Below are positions 1 through 10,236 of a stretch of DNA of 64,000 bases, piece by piece. The DNA comes from Eledone cirrhosa (Eukaryota): NCBI GenBank assembly GCA_964016885.1, contig OZ024743.1, positions 158,720,001 through 158,784,000 on the forward strand, written 5' to 3'. Both the position numbers and the translations under genes were made by a program. Within the stretch, counting starts at the first letter, position 1; each line of letters starts with the position of its first letter. The notes beneath the pieces are model-generated. The model did not search any database, was not told where the DNA came from, and was given only the letters and a program-made list of their open reading frames with translations.

Positions 1-261
1 TTCCGCATTTTATAATACCGGTTTCAGCATTATATGCTTTTCAACTGTGGATATGCATAATGTAGTTATGTTGCATAGTTATACGAATAATAAAAAGGGG
101 AAGAAAAATTATTAATTTTTACATACATATTTAGAGAGGAAAGTTCATATCTCTGTCCGTGGTTGTCCTTCGTTCTCTGTTAGTTGGCTGGCAGTCAACT
201 TATGCATATCCGCAGTTGGAAAAGCATATAATGCTGAAACCGGTATTATTAAATGTGGGAA
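1..261. repeat. Inverted repeat (1-60 vs 200-261) carrying a degenerate hammerhead-like motif; probable PLE terminal remnant
   Basis: ataataccggtttcagcattatatgcttttcaactgtggatatgcataa is the near-perfect reverse complement of 200-250; the gcat..atgct-gaaa-ccgg-ta motif recurs at the PLE 3' end at ~1428-1462. Confidence 0.7.
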
Positions 262-353
262 TATCCACTTTATAAATAAATGTTTTGATATTCTACTGTA
301 AGAATCTCTCCCGCATATTCTACTGAAAAAAATCTTTTTCCTCTCTACTATTT

Positions 354-388
<35 letters not shown>

Positions 389-1031
389 TTAATAAAAACA
401 ATGAAATAAAAACAAAGAACAGGTTCCTTATATATATATATATAGTGTAGTGAAATTCGTTACAGATTTTCCATCCAAAGTTGGCAGAATACTCAGTTGG
501 AAGGATGAGTTGTAATATAAAAAATTTGGTTAAATTTACACAATCTTTATCTATCGAGTACGCGTGTTTCAGTGAGGAAGTTGCTATTTCGGCAGCTCCT
601 CAGTTCCACTGACTAACTACCGAAATAACAATTTAGCAAATTTTTGTTAGAACACTAAAACAACCTAACTGTAGCGGTCGACTGATGAGATGGAAGTGTC
701 TGTACTCGTTTATTTTCCTGTCATCATCCATGATTTTTATTCATTCGTATGGTTTTAGCAAAACAAACGGAAAATACTTTTATTAATGTTTCTATATTCT
801 CTATCGCTTCCACCTTCACTTTTACTTCTCTTCTTCTTGGCAAATCAATATGTTGGGCGTCATCGATATCTCTTTTTCAGTTACAGCGGATGGGTTAATG
901 GTAAATTTTCTCTTATTTGTAAATAGTCCTGCCCTTTGTCCATTTGATACTGTCCCTTGTGTACTGGAGCCAACGTTGAGATGGAACTGTCTGTATTCGT
1001 TCATTTTATTGTCTTCACCCATAATGTTTAT

Positions 1032-1033
<2 letters not shown>

Positions 1034-1063
<30 letters not shown>

Positions 1064-1168
1064 TGTATGTATGTATGTATGTATGTATGTATGTATGTAT
1101 GTATGTATGTATGTATGTATGTATACAAATATACATTCATACATACATACATACATACATACATACAT

Positions 1169-1234
<66 letters not shown>
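1034..1234. repeat. Compound microsatellite (ATGT)n-(ACAT)n-(AC)n-(AT)n
   Basis: Directly visible; explains the MYVC/HTYI pseudo-ORFs. Confidence 0.97.
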
Positions 1235-1419
1235 GAAAACGGAGAAAAAGATGATTAGTAGGAAGAAAAATATATTTTTTTCCTTTTTATTTTTTCCTAT
1301 TTTTCCTGGGTTAGAAAATGATTAAAACAAAATATTTTACTTTGTATGAAATGTTAAGGTATTAGTTAATTTATTTATTAATTAACAAGGACATTTATTT
1401 ATTTATTTATATATTTAAT

Positions 1420-3646
1420 AATTGTCTATTACCGGTTTCAGCATTTTTATGCATTATCAAATGATGATAATATGTATTGGTGTAGAATGTTGGTGTTGAA
1501 CATGTTAAGGAAATAGTGCAGAAAGAATAATGTTATTTACAAACAAGGTTTATGAAGTGAAAAGAAAAAAAAAAAAAAAGGGACGTAATGTGGAACAAAA
1601 TAAGGCAATGTGAACGAAAAAATAATATTATTTACAGGCATAGTTCTTGAAGATAAGCAGATCAAAATGTGTTAATATAGCAAGAGTGCTTAGTTGATCC
1701 ATGATGGAGGCAAATGGTAGTCTGGGGTTTGATATGATTTCCCTTTTTAGAGAGTTAATATGCAGGGGGAGGTAATTCATGGTGGGAGATAAATGATGGA
1801 TGGTATTTAATTTATATAAGAAAAAGGATTAGGTAGGGTGTGAGGGAGGTAACTCTTTAGAGACACATAGGTATTTGGATTTGGTTCATTGTTCGTTCCA
1901 GTTTTAGTTTAGACCGAAGTTTAGTGCAATAAGTAGGGGTTGGAATTTGTTAATGAAATACGTTTCCTTATTGATACAATTGATACAATGGATGAAAGTA
2001 GCGTTGTCTATGAATTTGTAAATAGGGAAAAATTTTAAAGTTTGGATGTTAGTTGGGTGCACAATTGGCGATATGTTTACTGAACGCAATCTTTCTGTAT
2101 TCCTGTATTTTGATTTGTGATTTATGGACGGTCATACGTTGTCGGAGGCCGTTTTTTGTCTGTCCTGTGTAGTGTTCTTGACAACCTGAGCAGGTCAAAA
2201 CATAGATTAGGATTTCAGATGCACATGTAAAGTTGTGTTTAACTGTGAAATGTTCTTGTTTAAAATGGAATGTTGAACCTTCTATTAGATTTATGCATAT
2301 GCCACAGTTGGGCCTTCCGCATTTGTGAGGGTTGGTTGGATTTTGGCTTGTGTGAGGATGTTTTTTATGGATTTAGGTTGTCTTTTGCTCTTTATGATGT
2401 TGTGTGTTTGGAGGATTTTGTTCATTCTTGGGTCTCTTTTTGGTAAAGGAATGTTCTGGAGGATGGTGTCGAATGCCTCATTGTTGAGGGGCTTGTGTGT
2501 GGAGATGTATGGTAGAGTTTTCTGTTGCGGTTCATTCCTGGGTTTGGGGTGTTTGAGTTCCTGGATGTCGAGTTTTAGGGCACGCTGGAATCCATTGTTG
2601 ATTAGGGATGGTGTGTAGTTTCTGCTGATAAATGTGTTTTTTAATTCTTCTAGTCGTGTGTAGCATGTGTATTTATCTGAAACTATTGTGCAGATCCTTC
2701 TGGCTAGGTTATAAGGAATTGCCATTTTGGTGTGTTTAGGGTGGCACGAGTTGAATGGAAGGTATTGTTTGGAGTCTGTGGGTTTGTAGTATATGTCTGT
2801 TTCTATTTTGTTGTTTGTTTTCTTGATGAGGATGTCGAGGAAAGGGAGTTGTTCATGGCTGTAATCCATTGTGAATTGTAAGTTTGTGTTGAGTCCATTT
2901 AGAAGGGTTTTAAACTCAATCAGTCTATCTATACTTTCATGCCAGTGGATGAAGCAGTCGTCCAGATATCTCTTCCAGTTCTTTTCTATGTGTTGGTAGA
3001 AGTGGTTACCGTATTTGTCTAGAACTTTGCGGTAGAGAGTGGTTTCCAAATATCCCATGACAAGGTTGGCGTATAAGGGGGCCACTTTCGTGCCCATGTC
3101 AGTCCCAGATTTCTGTCTGTAGTATTTGGCATTGAATTTGAAGAAATTGTTTTCCAAGATGAATTTGAGTCCCTTCAACACAAATTCTTTAGGGATGCGC
3201 TGTGGAAGTTCACTAGGCAAATTTTCAAGCCAGAATTGTATTGCCTCTATACCTAGGCTGTGTGGGCCATTGGAATATAAATTGATGACATCAAAGGTTA
3301 CTAGTAGGGTATGTTCATTATTGGGTGCTGTTAGGAGGTGGTTGAGCATGTCAAGGTCGTCCCTTATGAAGCTTTTTATGTGTTTTAGGAAAGGTTTAAG
3401 CAGAATATATAGGAAGTTGCTACTATTATGGATCTCAATTTAAGGTCATCAGGAGGGGCTATATTGATGTAAATGTCTGCGGCTTGCTTGCAGGCCCTAC
3501 CTATTACTTCGTTTTTATGTGTCTTTGGGATACCGTAGAAGAGGCTGGTTCTGCTTTTGAAATTGGTGATGTAGTTGTATTCCTTGTCTGTAAGGCCTTC
3601 TTTGTAAAGGGTTGTTAGGGATTTTAGGTTTCTCATTATTTTCTTC
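1420..3646 (-). mobile_element. Penelope-like retroelement (RT + GIY-YIG), 5'-truncated and frameshifted
   Basis: ORF 2291-3349 has PLE RT motifs (FDV..LYSN, GT.MGTKVAP, RYLDD, LPFLD, YYKPT, SCHP.H). Downstream minus-strand sequence reads FTCASE.LIYVLTCSGCQEHY.GQT, typical of the PLE GIY-YIG domain. ORF 3385-3636 has FYGIPKTHK. Confidence 0.9.
2291..3349 (-). pseudogene. PLE reverse transcriptase fragment
   Basis: 352-aa ORF with YLDD and PLE thumb motifs, bounded by frameshifts. Confidence 0.88.
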
Positions 3647-6600
3647 GAAAAGGGAGGGAAGAAATGAAAAAAGGGTGAAGGCTACTGCAAAGAGACTTAC
3701 AGCAGCAACACCACCAACACCACCACCACCAGCGGCAACCCCACCGCCAACAACAACAACACCTTCAACAACACCACCACAAGCACCAACATCGCAAACA
3801 CAACAAAACACACACACCCAGCAACAATGACAAGAAAATAGCAGAACCACACCCCACCCCCAGAAAAAGAAATGCACAGCAATAAATACACACAAGAAAC
3901 TAATCACTTACATAATTGAACACAGATATTTCACAGCACGACTACATAATACCAGCACCAATCAAAACACCAACGAACATAAGACTGGTAAGAATATCAC
4001 AGAAACAATACACAAACATTAAAAGGAAATTCCCCAACGCAGTTGGTGATTTCAGAGACCTAGGAGGGACACTCAACCGGAGAGTATACTCGGATATACT
4101 CACAGAAGAGCCGACGACCAGCCGAAGGGACGATTCAACGGTCCCTTCACCAGACGATCAAGGTAAGTGATTATTTCTCACTTGCCCCGTTCCTCACCCA
4201 ACATGGCCGTATTCAGGATCGGAAGTGTAAACGTGCGTGGCTTGAGCTCGGTTTGGAAGCAGGGTCCCTTGCTTAACGACCTCAGGTCACTAAACATAGA
4301 TGTGGTTGCTATCAACGAGACGAGAATCTCCGAAACGCAAGCTTTCGCACCGATCTTCTACGGTTACGAGGTGTACGCATCTCCGAGCCGCCCGGGAGCG
4401 GGGGGCGGAGTGGCTGTGTTGTTTCGGTAAGGCTTGGGTCTCGCCATACGGACCATCTTCCTGGACCCAGAAGGTAAGTCGGTGGTGCTGAACGTAAGCG
4501 GCACCGAAGGAAACGCTTTCAGGCTAGTAGCGTCTATGCCCCGACTGGAGACCTTTCTTTGAACGTCCCGCTCTTTAGTGTTAGTGGGCGACTGGATCGT
4601 TATCTTGGATGCACGCTGGGATTGTGTGGGGCTGGTGGATAGAGGCGGAGGATGAAAGAGCCTCACCAACCTGCTCAGAGGTTTTGAACTGTCTGACAGG
4701 TATCGACTGGTTCACTCGAATGTGCCAATGTGGACATGGACAAACCGTATCGGGTCATCCAGATCGTATCTCGATAGGGTATTCTGCAGAGAACTAGATA
4801 AGGCTAGTATAAGTTGTCCAAAATTTAAAATACTCGAGTACACAAACCACAAATTTGTGATCTGTGAGATCGACATGGACAGACTTCATAGACAAGGACC
4901 CGGTTACTGGAAGCTGAACGCGTCTTTCCCGGCCGGCGCGCAAAGCCTACAGAGACCGCATTAGCGTATTAGTTAAGCGGGCGTTGACGGGAGCGGTCGT
5001 CAACAACAGGTGGTGGTCCGCCATGAAAAGGGCTATTAAAGTAGAGTCGATTAGGTTTAGCAAAAGACTAGTTATAGAGGAAAAGAGAGTAGAGGCAGAG
5101 CTAGTCAGAAAGCTAGAAGAGGCGTTTAGGACAGGCATCGCAACCGACGTGCTTGCGGCGAGATTAGCACTCGACCAATTCTTCAACGCAAAACACGAAG
5201 GCTGCGTTGCATTGTCAGAGCTAGAGTGCGTGCTCTGAAACACGAGGGGACAAAAGCCGTCCAATGGGCCCGGGTGGCAGAGGCGCGACGTGGCAACAAA
5301 GCCACAATTCGGTCTTTATCTGACCAAAACGGGCGCGTGTTGCTCGAACCCGAGCAGATGTGTGTAGACTTTCAGCAGCACTTTGCTGAACTGTTCGGGA
5401 GCAGTGGCGGGCCGGATCGGGGTATGGACTTCAGTGCATACCTCGACGGACTGCCTCGGCTCTTGAGGACCGCAGCACAGTGTTGCGAAAAGCCAAAAAC
5501 AGCCGGTGAAATACGGGAAGCGATGGCTATCTGCAGGAGGGGTAAATCGCCAGGTTTGGATGGTCTGCCCTACGAGTTTTATGCATTTATGACAGATTTG
5601 TTCGGTGACTTCTTGGCAGACGTCTACTGCAACTGGCAGCAGAACGGGATCATTCCCAGATTTGTGAGCCGGGGAGCGGTGGCGCTGCTGAGAAAAGACC
5701 CGAACAAGGGGGATGTTATCGATAACTTCAGGCCCATAATCCTGCTAAACGCAGAGTTCAAGATTTTAGCAACGAGGTTGGCGCTTATCGTCAAGGGTCT
5801 GGTGGGAGAGGCGCAGGCATGCGCCATTCCGGACAGATCCATACACGACAACCTCCACCTCATGCGATACATCATAGAGAGGGTGGTTAAGTAACCTGGC
5901 ACGGGTGAGGCCCTGATCAAGTTGGATCAATCCAAAGCATTCGATAGGGTCGACCATCGGTACCTGGCGGCGGTACTCGAGGCAGCCGGTTTCGGGCCCG
6001 TTTTCAGGAGTTGGATCGCTGCGATGTACAGCGACATCTGCTCAGTTGTGAGGGTGAACGGTCACCTGTCGCAGCCGTTCAGCATCATGCGCTCGGTCCG
6101 CCATGGTTGTCCCCTCTCGTCCCTCTTGTACGTATTAGCTCTCGAGCCGTTACTGCACAAACTGTGGCGATGAGGGACGTCCCACGCGAACTAGGATGCA
6201 GGAAATCTGAGTCGGCTTACGCCGACGACGTCACCGTTGTTGTGTGGAGCACCAGACACGTCCAGATGCTCGGCACCGCTCCCAAGGAATACGAAGCGGT
6301 GACAGGAGCAAAGATAAACCAGGAAAAGTCGCTGGGCTTGCAGCTAGGCACCTGGAGAGGCAAGTCCATACCGTCCGACAGTGTCGTGGGGCGTTTGACG
6401 GACGGACCGGTTAAATTGCTCGGGGTCTGGTTCGGACCGGACCTCCAGATGGAGAAAAACTGGGACGAGGTGAAGAGCAAGCTAGCCTCCCTCACCCTGA
6501 AATGGGCCGAGGGGAAGCTGTCCCTGAACGGCCGGGCGGAGGTGCGAATGCGTACATCGCAACCATCATCTGCTACCGCCTCACCGTCGTCCCTTGCCCC

Positions 6601-7836
6601 GGCCCAACTCTCACCAAAATGGAGTGCCCCCTCTTCCGCTTTTTGTGGAAGGGACGCGCTCCCATGGTCAGACGATCCATCTGCTGTCAACACCCGTTGC
6701 GTGGAGGACTGGACATGACATGGCTGATGATGTGCAAACATGCGCTGAGGCTGCGACATCTCTGGTGCTTCCTTGACGGTGAACAGGTGTGGTCGCCGTT
6801 CGCCAGGCACGTTTTCCCACAGCTCGTCTCCTTGACGGAGCTGCAGTCCTGGGTCAGAAAAAGACCGAGGGATAGCGCTTGGAACCTGGAATGTCTCCAG
6901 GCACTCACTGCCCTCTGCCAGCTGGGCACCAGTATCAGTGGAACATCCACCTCGGCGTTCTATAGAGGACTAGTGGAGGGGAAGAGCGACGACGTTCTCG
7001 GAGAGATCCAGGACGTCGAAGAAGATCAGCTGTTTGCTCTCTTCCGGAGAACTTTCAGCCCAGGGCCTATGGATAACTTCCAAAAATCCCTGGCCTGGCA
7101 GTGCTACCGGGGAGCGCTGCCGGATGCGCTGCCGTCAGCCGAGCCTGTCCGAGATGCGCGCAGAGCGACGAAACCGTCGTGCACGCGCTCGTTCAGTGCC
7201 CGAGCATTGCTGACTTGTGGAGCTATGTCGAACAGTGGCTGTCGCGTGTAGGACTGATCCGGTTATCGCCTGAGTCCATTGTACAGATGGTCTCGCCGTC
7301 TTCCTTCGAGGAGGAAGGGCAAGCGGTTTTCATCTGCCTGGTGGCCATGGCGAAAGAGATTGTGTGGTGGACAAGGTTGAAAGAGTTAAAGACAGACACT
7401 TTCCTCTTCGGCGCATCGCTAAATAACCTTTTTAAGTTTCACTTGAAGAGGAAAATCAGGGAGGAGAGGCAAGTGCTGCCTTCTAGTAAGTTTGTTGAAA
7501 GGTGGGTGAATGTAGCAAGAATGGATACGTCTGTAGTTTGAGAAATGGAAAAATTGAGAGAGGGCGCTTGCCCTGGTGGTCAGGGTGGCCGTGGTCTTTT
7601 GTGTGGTTTTCGCCACGAGTAACCCTCGGAGGTTTCCCCCCTATTGGGGAATTTTTCATTGTTTCAATTTTCATTTTTATTGTTTATATATATATATGTT
7701 TCTATGTCTTTTTTTTCTTTTCTTATATAACTAATAAAAATATTTACACGCACAAACCCACATCGCACCGTCCTGTACCGTCCTGTGCCGTCTGTAATGT
7801 TTTTCTTGATGTCAGCCCTTGTGGCCAATAAAGAAA

Positions 7837-7840
<4 letters not shown>
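3647..7840 (+). mobile_element. Tx1/L1-clade LINE copy 1: 5'-truncated, ORF1 tail plus degenerate ORF2
   Basis: 3647-4162 nearly identical to 9598-10154. APE motifs from 4203 (GSVNVRGL, INETR), RT fragments (SPGLDG, DQSKAFDRV), aataaa and (TTA)n tail. Confidence 0.92.
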
Positions 7841-7874
<34 letters not shown>

Positions 7875-8089
7875 GAATGCCATGGTTGACGGAGGCTCGG
7901 CTCTGTAAGGTATAGTAATTTTTAACCGTTAAAACAATTGTAAATTGTTTAAAACTTGAACCAAATTGTTGATAAAGACACCCTCCTCCTCGTGAGAGGG
8001 GTCTTTCTGTCCGTTATTTGGCCCTTCGGGGTTAAATAACCAGTTATTGGGGTTTTGTACCCAAAATTTCATTTTAAACAAAAAACAAC

Positions 8090-10201
8090 ATGGCTACGAA
8101 AAAGAAATTTCATAGGTCACTCCCACTCATTCCGTCTTCTTCTTCCTCAATCATCACTACAGCAGAGAGAAGATTGTCTCTCTCCCTCCCTTCTTTAAAT
8201 GTGTCTCTCTCCCTCCCTTCTCTTTCGCAAGTGACGAAAGAAAAGAAAAGTCTCGTGCAAAGCGTGCAAGGTTTCTCCACGACGACGACGACAGCGACGA
8301 AACAGGTGTGCGGGAAATACGAAAACCCAGTTCATTCGTCTGACGTCAGGAATAATAGCAGTAGCAGCCGTAATAACAACAGCAACAGTGACAATGAAAA
8401 CAACAGTAGCAGCCGCAACAGCATCACCAGCAGCATAAACAACAACAGCATTAGCAGCAGCAACACCAACAACAACCACAGCAACAGCGGCGGAGGCAGT
8501 AGTCGTAGTACCTGCAGCAACAACAAAAGTACCAGCAGCTCTGACGACAACAACAACAGCAGAGAAAAACCAATCTCATTTGCAGGTATTGCGAAAAACT
8601 TGGAAACAATCCTCATAACAAATGAGGAATTAGAGGAAGCGAAGAAGATGGTGACAAAGAACGGACACCGAGCAATCTGCAAGGCAGCGGAAAAATTTTT
8701 CGAAACCCAAGAGCACTGTACGGTCACGTACCGTACAGTAAGTACAAAATCCCGTAGGGTGGAAAGAGCCACAGAGGCCCAAATACAAAAAGCCTTGGGG
8801 TCTGTGTGGCAGCGGAAAACGCACATCACCCGAGGCAAAAAATATGCCACCGTAGACGTACTTTTTGCCACACCCCAGGAGACAAAGGCCCAATCAGTAG
8901 TGACCCTAAGGAACGAGGAAATGGTGTTGGTGCCCTCCTACTGCGGGCAAAAAATTGTGAGGGTCAAACTGACCCACGTCCCCCCCAGAATGACCCCTTC
9001 TTGGATGGCCGCGTCTGTCCTCGTCGGAATCGAGGACAAAACAACTGTACTGCAAGTACAGAAAAAAGTAAGAGAAGATTGGGTCGGCTCCTCCATTGAG
9101 ATGCTAATCCAAACCAACCAGGAGTGCATCGAAGCTATCCCGGATGTGATAGACTTCGATAACGGCACTCAACTGCCCATAAGTGTTGAGGGCAAACGCC
9201 CGAAATGCTTTCGCTGTGGATCGAAGACTCACCTCAGGGCCTTCTGCAACGAGAAGACCCTGAGAAAGGAGAAAACCCCCCTCCTTCCGAATCCGGCTCC
9301 ACGGCTACCAGCAACAGGACAAGCGGCAACCAGGAACGATAGGTCCGTGGCACCCATACCCACTCCACGGAAATCAAAAACAGCAGCAGCAGTGGAAATA
9401 TTAACAACAACAACAGCAATACCAAATGCAGCTGCAACAGAGACTCCAGTGCAAACATCACCAACAACAACAAGTGAAAGAGTGGAGCTGGTACCCCTCC
9501 CCGACCTCACAGAATCAGACATGGAGTGTGAGGTGGGAGAGGGATGGCAAAAGGTCGCAAGAAGGCACAAACGCAGAAGCAGCGCATCGTCGCCTTTGAA
9601 AAGGGAGGAAAGAAATGAGAAAAGGGTAAAGTCTACTGCAAAGAGACCCACAGCAGCAACACCACCAACACCATCACCACCCACACCAGCACCACCATCA
9701 CCACCGGCGACAACCCCACCGCCAACAACACCACCGCCAACAACACCTTCAACACCACCACCACAAGCACCAACATCGCAAACACAACAACAAAACACAC
9801 ACACCCAGCAACAACGACAAGAAAATAGCAGAACCACACCCCACCCCCATAAAAACAAATGCACGGCAATAAACACACACAACAAGAAACTAATGACTTA
9901 CATAATTGAACACACAGACATTTCACAACAGGACTACATAATACCAGCACCAATCAAAACGCCAACTAACATAAGACTGCTAAAAATAGCACAGAAACAA
10001 TACACAAACATTAAAACGAAATTCCCCAACGCAGTTGGTGATTTCAGGGACCTAGGAGGAACCATCAATCGAAGAGTATATTCAGACATTCTCTTAGAAG
10101 AGCCGACGACCAGCCGAAGGGACGATTCAACGGTCCCTTCACCAGACGATCAAGTGAAAAGGGATGTAAAAACCATCCCTCCTCTACCAAAAGTACGGTA
10201 A
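8090..10201 (+). CDS. LINE ORF1 protein (gag-like, CCHC zinc knuckle, S/N- and P/T-rich low-complexity regions)
   Basis: 703 aa with CFRCGSKTHLRAFC = CX2CX4HX4C; lies upstream of APE-RT; homologous broken ORF at 24420-26279. Confidence 0.88.
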   Translation: MATKKKFHRSLPLIPSSSSSIITTAERRLSLSLPSLNVSLSLPSLSQVTKEKKSLVQSVQGFSTTTTTATKQVCGKYENPVHSSDVRNNSSSSRNNNSNSDNENNSSSRNSITSSINNNSISSSNTNNNHSNSGGGSSRSTCSNNKSTSSSDDNNNSREKPISFAGIAKNLETILITNEELEEAKKMVTKNGHRAICKAAEKFFETQEHCTVTYRTVSTKSRRVERATEAQIQKALGSVWQRKTHITRGKKYATVDVLFATPQETKAQSVVTLRNEEMVLVPSYCGQKIVRVKLTHVPPRMTPSWMAASVLVGIEDKTTVLQVQKKVREDWVGSSIEMLIQTNQECIEAIPDVIDFDNGTQLPISVEGKRPKCFRCGSKTHLRAFCNEKTLRKEKTPLLPNPAPRLPATGQAATRNDRSVAPIPTPRKSKTAAAVEILTTTTAIPNAAATETPVQTSPTTTSERVELVPLPDLTESDMECEVGEGWQKVARRHKRRSSASSPLKREERNEKRVKSTAKRPTAATPPTPSPPTPAPPSPPATTPPPTTPPPTTPSTPPPQAPTSQTQQQNTHTQQQRQENSRTTPHPHKNKCTAINTHNKKLMTYIIEHTDISQQDYIIPAPIKTPTNIRLLKIAQKQYTNIKTKFPNAVGDFRDLGGTINRRVYSDILLEEPTTSRRDDSTVPSPDDQVKRDVKTIPPLPKVR

Positions 10202-10236
10202 GTGGTCTTTCCCATCTTTTCCACTCTATTTTAAAC

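Noticed and set aside
672-730. ctgatga at 682-688 (also on - at 30151-30157, and ccgatga at ~42161)
   Set aside because: No properly placed stem II + GAAA + UH
822-1325. ORFs with MYVC/HTYI/YIYI repeats here and at 33751-34113, 35339-37011, 42987, 44496-44835, 56300-56674, 60162-60646, 62251-62556
   Set aside because: Translations of microsatellites
3640-3650. Tx1 array as a simple insertion into the Penelope element
   Set aside because: The remaining PLE 5' part and a TSD are not found after 29990, so the order of events is unresolved
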